Notes: generated by a model from the letters alone, not told the origin. A stretch of DNA of 64,000 bases from Vulcanimicrobiota bacterium (GCA_019240755.1 JAFAXS010000133.1:201-64200); one strand, 5' to 3'; shown: positions 35,481 to 46,122, numbered from the stretch's first letter. Numbers and translations: made by a program.

Positions 35481-35511
35481 TTGACACCGCGCCGAGCCCT
35501 TCCTATATAAT
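35481..35511 (+). promoter_or_regulatory. Sigma-70-type promoter upstream of aceA
   Basis: TTGACA (35481-86), 17-nt spacer, TATATA/TATAAT (35504-11). GGAGGACGGAG RBS precedes ATG 35537. Confidence 0.6.
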
Positions 35512-35536
35512 TCGTTTTTGCTCTCGGAGGACGGAG

Positions 35537-36832
35537 ATGAACGTGAACGGACGCGCCGCGACGCTGGAGCAGCGGTGGGCAACGGAGAGTCGCTGGAAGG
35601 GAATCGAACGCCGGTATGACGGCGATGCGGTGCGCCGGCTGGCGGGCAGCGTGCACCAAGAACACACGCTGGCACGGCTCGGCGCGGAACGTCTGTGGGA
35701 ATCGTTGCACGGCGACGCGCCGACGACGGCACTCGGGGTCGTCACTGGAAATCAAGCCGTCCAAGCCGCGCGAGCGGGATTGGCCGCGCTGTACTGCAGC
35801 GGCTGGCAGGTCGCCGCCGACGGCAACCTCGCGGGGGAGATGTACCCCGATCAGAGCCTGTACCCCGTGAACAGCGTGCCGGCGATGGTCGAACGTTTGA
35901 ATAACGCGCTCACGCGCTTGGATCAGATTGAATCGCTCGAGGGAAGAGGCGGCGCGCACTGGTATCTGCCGGTCGTCGCCGACGGCGAGGCCGGCTTCGG
36001 CGGCGCCTTAAACGTTTTCGAGCTAACGAAAGCGATGATCAAGGCCGGCGCAGCCGGCGTTCATTTCGAAGATCAACTCAGCTCCGAAAAGAAGTGCGGC
36101 CATCTCGGCGGCAAGGTTCTGATTCCGACGCAGCAGGCGATTCGACATTTGATTGCGGCGCGGTTGGCGGCCGACGTCCTCGACGTACCGACCATCATCA
36201 TCGCGCGCACCGATGCCGGGGCTGCCAAGATGGTCACGAGCGACGCCGACGCCCGCGATCGCCGTTTCCTCACCGGTGAACGAACCCCGGAGGGATTCTT
36301 CAACACCACGCCCGGCATCGAAGCGAGCATCGAACGCGCGATCGCGTACGCTCCCTATGCGGATCTGCTCTGGATGGAGACGTCCGAACCGAACGTTGCC
36401 GAAGCGGAGCACTTCGCGCAAGCGGTCCGCGCAAAGCATCCGGGAAAAATGCTCGCCTACAACTGCTCGCCGTCGTTCAACTGGCGCAAGAAGCTCGACG
36501 CGCAGACCATCGCGCGCTTTCGCGGTGCGCTCAACGAGATGGGCTACAAGTTCCAGTTCGTGACGCTCGCCGGGTTCCACGCAATCAACTACAGCTTCTT
36601 CAAGCTGGCCTACGAGTTCAATCGCAGCGGCATGACCGCGTACGCCGACTTCCAGGCGCACGAATTCGCCGATGAGTCGCTCGGCTATACGGCGACGCGC
36701 CATCAGCGCGAGGTCGGCACCGGATACTTCGATGAGGTCGCCGAGATCGTCGGCGAAGGGAAGGCCTCGACGACCGCGCTACACGGCTCCACCGAGCGCG
36801 ACCAGTTCTACGAACCTCAAGCCAAAGCATGA
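35537..36832 (+). CDS. aceA: Isocitrate lyase
   Basis: Signature KKCGHLGGK and full-length similarity (431 aa). Confidence 0.95.
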   Translation: MNVNGRAATLEQRWATESRWKGIERRYDGDAVRRLAGSVHQEHTLARLGAERLWESLHGDAPTTALGVVTGNQAVQAARAGLAALYCSGWQVAADGNLAGEMYPDQSLYPVNSVPAMVERLNNALTRLDQIESLEGRGGAHWYLPVVADGEAGFGGALNVFELTKAMIKAGAAGVHFEDQLSSEKKCGHLGGKVLIPTQQAIRHLIAARLAADVLDVPTIIIARTDAGAAKMVTSDADARDRRFLTGERTPEGFFNTTPGIEASIERAIAYAPYADLLWMETSEPNVAEAEHFAQAVRAKHPGKMLAYNCSPSFNWRKKLDAQTIARFRGALNEMGYKFQFVTLAGFHAINYSFFKLAYEFNRSGMTAYADFQAHEFADESLGYTATRHQREVGTGYFDEVAEIVGEGKASTTALHGSTERDQFYEPQAKA

Positions 36833-38334
36833 ACGTGGCGCCGGCCGGCTTCGCGATCGAACGCGATCTGCCGGCTGGATTCGCTGACTTCTACCTGCCG
36901 CTGCACCGGCAATTAACGCCACCGCAACGAGCGCTCGCGCAAGCGCGCAAAGACCGACTGGCGCGCGCGCATCGCGGCGATCTGCCGACCTACCTTCCTT
37001 CCTCCGATGCCACGCGTTTGCCGTGGCGCATCGAGCTGCCGGAGTGGTGCGCGGATCAGCGTAATCAAATGACTGGGCCGGCCGACGACGCCGAGCTGTG
37101 CGTGAAAATGCTCAACTCCGGCGCCCCGGGCGTGATGCTCGATTTGGAAGACTCGATGGCCAATACGTGGGAGCACTTGATGGCGGGGCACCGCAACGTC
37201 ATCAGCGCGTTGTACGGCGAGCTGACGTACGAGGACGCCAAGCGCGGCGGAATCGTTGCCATCAAGCCCAGCGCGACGGTCGTGTGGAGTCGCGTGCGCG
37301 GTCTGCACCTCTCGCAGGCCGGAGTGATCACGAACGTTCCGACGAGCGCATCGCTCTTCGATCTCGCGCTGATCGTTTTTCGCACGGATCTCGCGCGATT
37401 GCGTCATCCGCTCTGCATCTACATCCCGAAATCGGAATCGGCCGAAGAGGCCCTCTGGTGGAGAGACGCCTTCGACGCGTTGACGGCGGCGAAGAGCTGG
37501 CCGCGCGGCTCGATCAAGGCGATGGCGCTGATCGAATCCCATCCCGTGGCGTTCGAGATGGAAGAGTTCTTGTACAACCTGCGCGACTACATCGTCGGGC
37601 TGAATCTGGGACGCTGGGACTACATGGCCAGCCTGATTCATTATAACTTCGAAGATGCGCGGTGGCGGTTGCCGGACCGCAACACGATTCCGTTCGACGT
37701 TCCCTTCTTTCAACGGGTTCGAACGCTCATGCCGGAGATCACGCATAAGCACGGAGCGCTCGCGATCGGCGGCATGACGGCGCTCTATCCGAGTCGTGAC
37801 GACCCCGAACTCAACGCGCGCGCTCTCGCCGTGCTGGAGCGCGATAAGGCCAACGAAGCCGCCTGCCTGATGGACGGCGCGTGGACCGGGCACCCCGACC
37901 AAAACGCGATCGCGGTCGCGCAGTTCCCCAACCCCAACCAGCTCGACCGCCGTCCGGCGCTCGAGACGACGCATCCGGATCTGCGTCCTGCGCCTGCGGG
38001 TGTCGGTATGACGACGCTCGAGGGAACGCGCGCCGCCGTTCGCACCGTCATCCGCTACCGGCAGGGCGTGCTCGAAGGGCGCGGCGCCAGTCTGCTCGAC
38101 GGCTACATGGAAGATCTCGCCACCGACCGCATCTACCGGCTGACGATCGCGCAGCGTTTGCGCCATCCCGGCGCATACACGCCGGCCTCGTTGAGCGCAA
38201 CCTTCGACGAGGAGCTCGACCGCATTCTGCGCGAGCTTCCCCCCCAGACCGACGAGCTCGCCCGCTCGCGCTATCGGAAAGCCCGCGAGATTTCCGAGGA
38301 GATGATCCGCTCCGGCACCTTCGACCCGACGTAA
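36829..38334 (+). CDS. aceB: Malate synthase A
   Basis: ATGA overlap with aceA. ..MLDLEDS.., ..GLNLGRWDY.. are typical of malate synthase A. Confidence 0.9.
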   Translation: MNVAPAGFAIERDLPAGFADFYLPLHRQLTPPQRALAQARKDRLARAHRGDLPTYLPSSDATRLPWRIELPEWCADQRNQMTGPADDAELCVKMLNSGAPGVMLDLEDSMANTWEHLMAGHRNVISALYGELTYEDAKRGGIVAIKPSATVVWSRVRGLHLSQAGVITNVPTSASLFDLALIVFRTDLARLRHPLCIYIPKSESAEEALWWRDAFDALTAAKSWPRGSIKAMALIESHPVAFEMEEFLYNLRDYIVGLNLGRWDYMASLIHYNFEDARWRLPDRNTIPFDVPFFQRVRTLMPEITHKHGALAIGGMTALYPSRDDPELNARALAVLERDKANEAACLMDGAWTGHPDQNAIAVAQFPNPNQLDRRPALETTHPDLRPAPAGVGMTTLEGTRAAVRTVIRYRQGVLEGRGASLLDGYMEDLATDRIYRLTIAQRLRHPGAYTPASLSATFDEELDRILRELPPQTDELARSRYRKAREISEEMIRSGTFDPT

Positions 38335-38422
38335 CGTCGCGGCGGTCCCGCTCGTCCCGCCCGGCGCGCCTCCTATCACGGCGGCGTTGACTCGTACGCC
38401 CCCGACGGCTTATGAAGGAGCC

Positions 38423-39505
38423 ATGAAGATTCGCGCGGGCACGATTGCGCTACTGGCGGCACTGTTCACCGCGATCGGCCTGCTGTTCTTCAGTTATCAC
38501 CTGCTCGACGACTTGGCTCGCCACCACGGCGGAACGGCGCTTCCGCGGTTCATCGAGGAGATGACGGGCGCCTACGCCGCCGTCGTTATCCTGCCGATCG
38601 TCCTTTGGATCTCGCGACGGTTCCCGCTCGGCCGCCACTGGCCGGCCGCCTTGGTCGTGCAGTTCGGCGGACTGGTCCTTTACACCATAGTTCACACGAC
38701 CCTCATGGCGCTCTCGCGAGCGGCGCTCTTTCCGCTCGCGGGCCTGGGTTCGTATAACTATGGAGTCATGCTCTACCGCTACCCGATGGAGGCCTCGCAG
38801 GACGCCATCTTTTATTCCATCACCGTCGGGTTCGTCTACGTCTTTTCACGCCTGCGAATCGCTCGCGAGGCCGAAGTCCAGGCTGCCAAGCTGCGGACGG
38901 AGTTGACGCGAGCGCAACTCGACAACCTCAGACTGCAACTTCATCCACACTTTCTCTTCAATACTCTCAACGCGGTCTCGTCGGTCATGTACGAAGACGT
39001 CGCAAAGGCCGATACTATGCTCGCGCAACTCAGCGATTTTCTTCGGATGGTCTTGGAAAGCGGCGGCAGCGACGAAGTTCCGTTGGAGCGCGAGCTGGCG
39101 GTCGAGCAGACGTACGTTGCTATCATGAAGACAAGATTCGAGAACCGCCTCAACGTTGTATTGGAGGTCGAGCCGCAGCTGCGCGACGCCGCCGTTCCGT
39201 TCATGCTGTTGCAGCCGTTGCTGGAAAACAGCATCAAGCACGGCCTAGCTTCCGACTCGGCGGCGCTGGACATCGAAATCCAAGCGCACCGCGAACGGGA
39301 CACCACCGTCATCGCGATCCGCGACAACGGAATAGGTCTTGGCGGAAAGGCCGTCGCGGAGCGCCACGGCCTTCGCAACGTCCGCTCCCGTTTGGCCAAC
39401 ATGTACGGCGAAGCCGCGGCCTTTTGCCTCGGGCCGGCATCGGGCGGGGGGACACTGGCGCGATTGACCATTCCGTACGCGGCGACGCCCTCGAGGCAAT
39501 CGTGA
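38423..39505 (+). CDS. LytS/YehU-family sensor histidine kinase
   Basis: ATG 38423 behind GAAGGAG. N-terminal TM helices. His_kinase box LQLHPHFLFNTLNAV. ATPase box LLENSIKHG. Confidence 0.85.
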   Translation: MKIRAGTIALLAALFTAIGLLFFSYHLLDDLARHHGGTALPRFIEEMTGAYAAVVILPIVLWISRRFPLGRHWPAALVVQFGGLVLYTIVHTTLMALSRAALFPLAGLGSYNYGVMLYRYPMEASQDAIFYSITVGFVYVFSRLRIAREAEVQAAKLRTELTRAQLDNLRLQLHPHFLFNTLNAVSSVMYEDVAKADTMLAQLSDFLRMVLESGGSDEVPLERELAVEQTYVAIMKTRFENRLNVVLEVEPQLRDAAVPFMLLQPLLENSIKHGLASDSAALDIEIQAHRERDTTVIAIRDNGIGLGGKAVAERHGLRNVRSRLANMYGEAAAFCLGPASGGGTLARLTIPYAATPSRQS

Positions 39506-40254
39506 ACCGAATCCTGATCGCCGACGATGAGGCGCCCGCGCGCCGCAAGCTCGTACGGTTCGCGGAAGCCTACGGCGGCCTTGAAGTTGTGGCGGAAGCA
39601 TCCAACGGCGTGGATGCCGTGGATCTGATCGAGATGACGGCGCCCGAGATCGTCTTTCTGGACATTCACATGCCGGATTTGGATGGTTTCGGCGTCGCCG
39701 AAGCGATCGCGCGAAGCCAATCTCCGCCGGTCATCGTCTTCGTCACGGCCCACGACCGTTATGCGCTCCGGGCGTTCGACGCCAATGCAGTTGACTATCT
39801 ACTTAAGCCCTACGACCGCGCACGGTTTGCGCGCGCCGTCGAACGTGCGCTCGAGCGACTGTCGGTGGGGACCGCCGGCGCGACCGCGCTCGAACGTGTC
39901 GTCCAGCAAGCCCGCAACGAAACAGGCTATCTCAAGCGTCTGCTGATTCCACACGAGGGACGTTCCTTTTTCCTCCCGGTGAACGACATTCTTTGCGTCT
40001 CCAGCGACGGCAATGCCGTCGAACTCGAGACTGCTCGCGGACGCTTTCGAATGCGAACCACCATGGAGTCGTTGGAAGAGCGGCTGGATCCCGCGCAGTT
40101 CGTCCGCATCCACCGCTCGTACTTGGTCAATATCGACTCCGTCGCGGCCATCGAGCCGGCATTCCACGGCGATCGCACGGCTATTCTGCGCAGCGGCCGG
40201 CGCGTCACCTGGAGTCGCCGTTACGCGACGCGCAGGTCGGATCTGCTGGCGTGA
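39502..40254 (+). CDS. LytR/AlgR-family response regulator (receiver plus LytTR DNA-binding domain)
   Basis: GTGA overlap with the kinase. ILIADDE..FLDIHMPDLDG receiver domain. C-terminal LytTR (..FVRIHRSYLVN..). Confidence 0.9.
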   Translation: MNRILIADDEAPARRKLVRFAEAYGGLEVVAEASNGVDAVDLIEMTAPEIVFLDIHMPDLDGFGVAEAIARSQSPPVIVFVTAHDRYALRAFDANAVDYLLKPYDRARFARAVERALERLSVGTAGATALERVVQQARNETGYLKRLLIPHEGRSFFLPVNDILCVSSDGNAVELETARGRFRMRTTMESLEERLDPAQFVRIHRSYLVNIDSVAAIEPAFHGDRTAILRSGRRVTWSRRYATRRSDLLA

Positions 40255-41771
40255 ATCGAAAGATTGCCATCGCCGCTACGGCGGCGGCGCTGACGCTCTG
40301 CCTGCACCTGGCTGCGAATCCGCATTACGGTTTCTTTCGCGACGAACTCTACTTCATTATCTGCGGTTTTCATCCGGCATTCGGATACGTGGATCAGCCG
40401 CCCATAGTTCCGCTACTCTCGGCGGGATCGCAGCTCTTCGGTCACTCACTCCTTTTCCTTCGCGCATTGCCCGCAGTCTTTGCCGCGGCGGGCGCGTACG
40501 TAACGTGTCTGCTCGCGTTCGAGCTCGGCGGCGGAGTCGCCGCCGCGGTGCTTGCCGTGCTGGCCTACTTGGCCGCGCCGGTGCTCGAAAGCTTCGGCGC
40601 CAAGGTCGGCCCGGACATGGTCGGCCTGTGCCTCTGGCCGCTGGCCGCGCTGTACGTGCTGCGCGTCGTCAAAGGCGCTGACGCGCGGTCCTGGGTCGCC
40701 GCCGGTGCGGCGGTCGGCGTCGCGCTCGAAAGCAAGTACAGCGTGCTGTTCTTCGCCCTCGCACTGGTCGCAGGACTCATCCTGACGCCGCAGCGCCGCG
40801 CGCTGCGTTCGCGATGGTTTTTCGCCGGCGTTGGAGCGGCCGTCGCCATCGCGCTGCCGAACTTCATCTGGCAGGCCGCGCACGGATTTCCGATGTGGGA
40901 GCTCTTACGCAACGGCGCCAACGGCAAGAACGTCGTCGCCGGCCCCGCGCTGTTTCTCTTCCAGCAGCTGTTGCTCACCAATCTGTTCGTCGCGCCCATT
41001 TGGATTTTGGGAGTGATTTGGCTGCTCCGTGACAGCGCCGCGCGCTTTCTCGGGTACGCGTACCTGATCTTGATCGCAATGATGATCGCGCTGCACGCGA
41101 AGCATTACTATCCCGCCGACGTCTACCCGATCGCGATGGCCGCGGGCGGCGTCGCCATCGAGCGCTGGACGCGTGGACTGCCGGTCGTTCGTTGGGCCGT
41201 CGCCACCGTCACGATCGCTGCCGGGTTGTTCTTTGCACCATTCTGCCTGCCGGTTCTCTCTGAGAACGCGATGCTGGCCTATACGGATTTCGCGAGCCGG
41301 CTGCTGCACGTTCCTCGTTCCGCGATGGCCACCGAGCATGGACGCAGCGCGGCCCTTCCAGAGGACTGGGCGGACATGCACGGATGGCCGGAACTCACTG
41401 AAACCGTTGCAAGGATCTACGAGTCGCTGCCCCCCGGTCAGCGGCGCCGCGTGGCCATCGTCGCCAACAACTACGGCGAAGCCGCGGCGATAGACTTCTT
41501 CGGCGGAGCCTACGGACTGCCGCCGGCGATCTCATACCATAACAACTATTGGATTTGGGGAACGCACGGAGCGAGCGGTGACGTGGTGATCAACGTTAAC
41601 GGCGATTGCGGACGGAGGGATTTTCCTGGGCTATATCGCGCATCGCGCTTGGTCACGCGATCGAATCCTCCCTGGGTGATTTCGTACGAGCAGAACATTC
41701 CCATCTCGCTGTGTACCGGAATAACTGCGCCGCTCGGGGAGCTGTGGCCAAAGTTGCGCCGGTACATTTAG
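40251..41771 (+). CDS. GT-C fold membrane glycosyltransferase (family 39 / ArnT-PMT-like), copy 1
   Basis: GTGA overlap with the response regulator. NPHYGFFRDELYFIICGF..YVDQPP (DE motif in the first loop). About 12 TM segments and a C-terminal soluble domain. Confidence 0.8.
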   Translation: MNRKIAIAATAAALTLCLHLAANPHYGFFRDELYFIICGFHPAFGYVDQPPIVPLLSAGSQLFGHSLLFLRALPAVFAAAGAYVTCLLAFELGGGVAAAVLAVLAYLAAPVLESFGAKVGPDMVGLCLWPLAALYVLRVVKGADARSWVAAGAAVGVALESKYSVLFFALALVAGLILTPQRRALRSRWFFAGVGAAVAIALPNFIWQAAHGFPMWELLRNGANGKNVVAGPALFLFQQLLLTNLFVAPIWILGVIWLLRDSAARFLGYAYLILIAMMIALHAKHYYPADVYPIAMAAGGVAIERWTRGLPVVRWAVATVTIAAGLFFAPFCLPVLSENAMLAYTDFASRLLHVPRSAMATEHGRSAALPEDWADMHGWPELTETVARIYESLPPGQRRRVAIVANNYGEAAAIDFFGGAYGLPPAISYHNNYWIWGTHGASGDVVINVNGDCGRRDFPGLYRASRLVTRSNPPWVISYEQNIPISLCTGITAPLGELWPKLRRYI

Positions 41772-42340
41772 GTCCGCACGCCCGCGCGGTCGTGCCAAGC
41801 GCAGCTGACTGCATGATCGTTGACGAGCCCCGCGGCTTGCATGAAAGCATAACAGATCGTCGGTCCGACAAACCGGAACCCGCGCCGCAGCAGATCCTTG
41901 CTCAGTGCAACGGACTTCGGAGTCGAACTCGGCACGTCGCCCTTTCCACGGCGGCGATTCACGATTGGTTTCCCGCCGACGAACCGCCACACGTACGCAT
42001 CGAAGCTGCCGAACTCTTGGACGATCCCGCGCACCGCCTTGGCGTTGCCGATCGTCGCCTCCACCTTCGCGCGGTTACGAATGATGCCGGGGTCTTGTAG
42101 GATCCGCTGCACTCGAGCGGGCGTGATGCGCGCGACCGCCGCGGGCTCGAATCCTGCGAAGAGCGCGCGGTAGCGTTCGCGCTTACGTAAGACCGTTTCC
42201 CAACTCAAGCCGGCCTGCGCTCCTTCGAGCGAGAGCAACTCAAAAAGGGAAGCGTCATTGTGGAGGGGCACCCCCCACTCCTGATCATGATAGGCGATCA
42301 AGAGGGGGCTGGTCGCCCACGCGCAGCGCGAGAGATTCAC
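41768..42340 (-). CDS. tag: DNA-3-methyladenine glycosylase I
   Basis: ..LSRCAWATSPLLIAYHDQEWGVP.. The start must lie upstream of the RCAW zinc-site Cys, so it is GTG 42340 or ATG 42382. Confidence 0.85.
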   Translation of the reverse strand: MNLSRCAWATSPLLIAYHDQEWGVPLHNDASLFELLSLEGAQAGLSWETVLRKRERYRALFAGFEPAAVARITPARVQRILQDPGIIRNRAKVEATIGNAKAVRGIVQEFGSFDAYVWRFVGGKPIVNRRRGKGDVPSSTPKSVALSKDLLRRGFRFVGPTICYAFMQAAGLVNDHAVSCAWHDRAGVRT

Positions 42341-43846
42341 CTCATTGCCGCCGTCGCGGCGGTCTGCACGCTGGCCGTTCATCTCGTCGCCAATCCTCAT
42401 TACGGTTTCTTTCGTGACGAGCTTTATTTCGTTATCTGCGGGTTTCGGCCGGCGTGGGGATTCGTCGATCAGCCGCCGGTCGTGCCGCTGTTGGCGGCGG
42501 CCTCTCAAATCTTTGGGCATTCGCTCTTCCTCCTTCGCGCCGTTCCCGCGCTGTTTGCGGCCGCTTGCGTTTATACAACCTGTCTCCTTGCGACAGAGTT
42601 TGGCGGCGCAGCCTTCGCCGAACTCTTTGCGGCGCTCGTCGCCGCAATCACGCCGGTGCTGATGCGCTTCGGCACGACCATCACTACCGACATGGTCGGT
42701 CTTTGGCTATGGCCGCTCGCCGCACTCTGCATCCTACGAATCGTCAAGGGCGCCGATCCGCGCTGGTGGCTTGCGGCCGGCGCCATCGTGGGCGTCGCGC
42801 TCGAGAGCAAGTACAGCGTCACGTTCTTTGTTGCGGCCGTCGTCGTCGCGCTCCTGGCGCTGCCCCAACGCCGGGTGCTCGCAACGCCCTGGTTCTTTGC
42901 CGGAGTTGCGCTCGCAACGATCATCGCGCTTCCAAACTTCCTGTGGCAGGCGTTGCACGGTTACCCGATGTGGACGCTGCTGCGCGACGCCGACGAGTAC
43001 AAGAACGTGCAGCTGACACCGCTGCAGTACGCCGCCACGCAGATCCTGATCACCCATCCGTTGCTCGCTCCGGTTTGGCTCATCGGTTTGTGGACGCTGT
43101 TGCGCCGCACGACTGAACGATTCTTGGGAGTCGCCTATCTGCTGTTGATCGCGCAGATCAGCCTCTTGCACGGCAAGCACTACTATGCGGGCGCCGTGTA
43201 TCCGATTCTCATCGCAGCGGGCGCCGTCTCCATCGAACGCTGGACCGCGCGATCGGCGCTCTGGCGACCGGCGCTCGCCGCCTACGCGCTCGTTGCGGGA
43301 ATTCTCTTGGTGCCGCTCTTGATGCCCGTGCTTCCGGAGCGAACGATGTCGGCGTACGATCGCGTCGCGCAGAGCATGCTGGCGCGCGAAGTCACCTTAG
43401 CGCGAACGGATGGTTCGACGATCGGCAACTTACCGCCGGACTGGGCCGACATGCACGGCTGGAGAGAGCTCGCCGCTGCGGTCGCGCGCGTGTACCACTC
43501 CTTGCCACCAGCGCAACGGGCCCAGGCCGGCATCCTCGCGAGTAACTATGGCGAGGCGGCGGCCATCGATTTCTTCGGCGCCCAGTACGGCCTTCCGCCG
43601 GTGATCTCGGGGCACAATCAGTATTGGATCTGGGGCACCCGCGGCTACAGCGGCAACGTTATCATCGACGTTCACGGCGAGTGCGACCGCGACGCGCGCC
43701 TCTTTCGAACGTATCGTGTGGCCACGCATTTTTCGAACCCGTGGGGACGTCCGTTCGAAAACGGTTTTCCGATTTCGGTATGCGAGGGAATTACCACGCC
43801 GTTGGCATCGTTTTGGCCGAAGCTGCGGAACTACAATCAGATCTAG
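42287..43846 (+). CDS. GT-C fold membrane glycosyltransferase (family 39-like), copy 2
   Basis: Roughly 70 percent identical by eye to copy 1 (NPHYGFFRDELYFVICGF..FVDQPP..). The only canonical starts are ATG 42287 or TTG 42260. Confidence 0.8.
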   Translation: MIGDQEGAGRPRAAREIHLIAAVAAVCTLAVHLVANPHYGFFRDELYFVICGFRPAWGFVDQPPVVPLLAAASQIFGHSLFLLRAVPALFAAACVYTTCLLATEFGGAAFAELFAALVAAITPVLMRFGTTITTDMVGLWLWPLAALCILRIVKGADPRWWLAAGAIVGVALESKYSVTFFVAAVVVALLALPQRRVLATPWFFAGVALATIIALPNFLWQALHGYPMWTLLRDADEYKNVQLTPLQYAATQILITHPLLAPVWLIGLWTLLRRTTERFLGVAYLLLIAQISLLHGKHYYAGAVYPILIAAGAVSIERWTARSALWRPALAAYALVAGILLVPLLMPVLPERTMSAYDRVAQSMLAREVTLARTDGSTIGNLPPDWADMHGWRELAAAVARVYHSLPPAQRAQAGILASNYGEAAAIDFFGAQYGLPPVISGHNQYWIWGTRGYSGNVIIDVHGECDRDARLFRTYRVATHFSNPWGRPFENGFPISVCEGITTPLASFWPKLRNYNQI

Positions 43847-44694
43847 ACGAATGCTCCGGCCGTTGCGGGATCGATCGCCGCTAAGAGATACGGATGCGCC
43901 CGTTCGGCCAACCGGCGGCCACGCAGCGGCGAAACGATATCGTGCGATAGCGGAAATCCGGTCAGCATGATGAGTTCCACGCGCTGCGGACGCGCCGAGC
44001 GCCAGTTCTTGTACAATCGCCGAATGGCGTAGTTGTTCACCGCGATTTCGGCGGAGTTTGTAACGATGGCGATCCGCTGCGCGCGTGGAGCGCTCGCGCG
44101 CGACTCGTCGAGCAGGCTTCGCGCAACCCGATACGAGTACGCGATAGCGTGGGTCGCGTAGCGCGGATAACCGTTGGTGGCCAGGAATTGCCGTTCTCGC
44201 AAGATCGGATTCCACCAGTGGAAGCGGTTCGGCACGCGCAGCAGCCGTTCCGCAACCGGTGCCATCAACAGGTTGGGAATCCACGAAACGCCGAGAAACG
44301 GCGCGATCGGCACGCAGCGATCGATCGCATATCGCTGGCCGATGCACGCGGCCAGCAGGCCCCCGAGGGAGAACCCGGCCACCGTTACCGACTCTCCGAG
44401 CTCTGCGGCGATCTCCAGATATCGCTCGGCGGCGTCGTAGAGCTCCTCCGACCGCAGTCGCTCCAGCGCGGTGGAGAGCCGGTTCGCGTGACCGTGGTGC
44501 GGCAATCGGGGAACGATCACATTGTGGCCGCGGTCGAAAAGCGCGCGCGCCAACCGCTCGAACTGCGCCGGCGTCGCGCTCATTCCGTGCAGCAGGACGA
44601 TCGCGCGCTCGCGGCGCCCCGGATGGACGTACGCGATCGTCCGAGAGTCTTGCGCAACGCCCGGATGATCTCGTCCCACGAGGCGGTCCAGCAT
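43843..44694 (-). CDS. Alpha/beta-fold hydrolase
   Basis: ..IVLLHGMSATPAQF.., nucleophile elbow GFSLGG. Start trimmed to ATG 44694. Confidence 0.7.
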   Translation of the reverse strand: MLDRLVGRDHPGVAQDSRTIAYVHPGRRERAIVLLHGMSATPAQFERLARALFDRGHNVIVPRLPHHGHANRLSTALERLRSEELYDAAERYLEIAAELGESVTVAGFSLGGLLAACIGQRYAIDRCVPIAPFLGVSWIPNLLMAPVAERLLRVPNRFHWWNPILRERQFLATNGYPRYATHAIAYSYRVARSLLDESRASAPRAQRIAIVTNSAEIAVNNYAIRRLYKNWRSARPQRVELIMLTGFPLSHDIVSPLRGRRLAERAHPYLLAAIDPATAGAFV

Positions 44695-44737
44695 CGGAAA
44701 GCAGGTAGTCAAGAAAAAATTCCTTAACAGCCGACGG

Positions 44738-45958
44738 GTGTATCTCCTCTCGGAAAACGCCCGCGAACTGATCGCGCAAGAAGAACGGTTCGGTGCGCGC
44801 AATTATGCGCCGCTTGATCTGGTCGTCGAGCGCGCGCACGGCGTTTGGCTGTGGGACGTCAGCGGCAAGCGATATCTCGACTGCGTCAGCGCATATTCCG
44901 CGGTCAACCAGGGCCATTGTCATCCGAGGATTCAGGCCGCGCTCGTCGATCAAGCGGCGAAAGTCACGTTGACGTCGCGTGCGATGCGCAACGATCGGCT
45001 GCCGGCGTTTCTCGCGGAGTTAACGCGGGTCGCCGGTTACGAAAAGGCGCTGCCGACCAACACCGGCGTCGAAGCCGTCGAAACTGCGATCAAGCTGGCA
45101 CGCCGCTGGGGCTACGTTACCAAAGGCATCCCGGCTGATCGCGCCGAGATCATCGTCTTTTCGAACAACTTTCACGGCCGGACGCTCGCGGCGATCAGCG
45201 CCAGCTCCACGGCGCAGTACCGGGCGCACTTCGGCCCATTCGTTCCGGGATTTCGGGTTGTGCCGTTTGGCGATGCGGCTGCAGTTGAAAACGCGATCAC
45301 GCCACACACGTGCGCGGTGCTCGTCGAGCCGATTCAAGGCGAAGGCGGCGTCAACGTGCCGCCCGATGGCTACCTCCGCCGGCTCTGGGCGCTCTGTCGC
45401 GAACACGACGTGCTGCTCGTTGCGGACGAGATTCAAACGGGACTTGGACGCACGGGCGACCTGTTTGCCTGCGACTACGATGGAATCAAGCCCGACGTCT
45501 TGCTTCTCGGCAAGGCGCTGGGAGGAGGCTACTACCCGGTCTCTGCGACGCTGGCAGCCGGCCCGCTCATGGACTTACTCCAGCCGGGCGATCACGGCAG
45601 CACCTTCGGCGGCAATCCCTTGGCCTGCGCCGTCGCTCTCGCGGCACTCGACGTCGTGATTTCCGAAGATCTGCCGGCCCGGGCGCGAACCGCCGGCGCG
45701 GCAATACTGCGGCAGCTGCGCGCCGCCCCGTCGCCGCTCATCCGCGAGGTTCGGGGGCGCGGTTTGCTGATCGGAATCGAGCTCACCGTCCCGGCGACGC
45801 AACTGTCGGCGGCACTGCTCGAGCGCGGCGTCGCAGCGAAAGACACCCAGGAACGCGTCTTGCGCCTTGCGCCGCCCTTGACCATCGACGATGCGGAGAT
45901 TGCCTACTTGCTTGAGCGCTTCCACGGGGCTCTCGCGTCGCTCGCTCCGCAACCTTGA
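44738..45958 (+). CDS. rocD: Ornithine-oxo-acid aminotransferase
   Basis: ..EERFGARNYAPL.., ..VADEIQTGLGRTG.., class III aminotransferase of about 400 aa. Confidence 0.9.
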   Translation: MYLLSENARELIAQEERFGARNYAPLDLVVERAHGVWLWDVSGKRYLDCVSAYSAVNQGHCHPRIQAALVDQAAKVTLTSRAMRNDRLPAFLAELTRVAGYEKALPTNTGVEAVETAIKLARRWGYVTKGIPADRAEIIVFSNNFHGRTLAAISASSTAQYRAHFGPFVPGFRVVPFGDAAAVENAITPHTCAVLVEPIQGEGGVNVPPDGYLRRLWALCREHDVLLVADEIQTGLGRTGDLFACDYDGIKPDVLLLGKALGGGYYPVSATLAAGPLMDLLQPGDHGSTFGGNPLACAVALAALDVVISEDLPARARTAGAAILRQLRAAPSPLIREVRGRGLLIGIELTVPATQLSAALLERGVAAKDTQERVLRLAPPLTIDDAEIAYLLERFHGALASLAPQP

Positions 45959-45999
45959 CAGTCCCCCCTTTCCGCGTGATATGGTGGGCGGGCCGAAGC

Positions 46000-46104
46000 A
46001 GCGGCTCGTTCCGCTCACCGGATGCCACGTGGTTATCCGGTCTTCACTCTAGGAACTGCGGCTTTTAGTTCCACGGTGGGGCTGCTCCGGCGGCGCCTTT
46101 TTTT
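46000..46104 (+). promoter_or_regulatory. Structured leader upstream of infC ending in a terminator-like hairpin and T7 run
   Basis: Hairpins 46000-15 (AGCGG/CCGCT), 46018-40 (CCGGAT/ATCCGG), 46052-72 (GGAACT/AGTTCC), and 46079-97 followed by TTTTTTT (46098-46104). GGAG lies at 46111. Confidence 0.35.
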
Positions 46105-46122
46105 GTTTATGGAGATGAGCTC

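Noticed and set aside
38335-38422. TTGACT-17-TTATGA as a promoter for the histidine kinase.
   Set aside because: The -10-like hexamer overlaps the ribosome-binding site (GAAGGAG), so the transcript would lack it. This is more likely a chance match.
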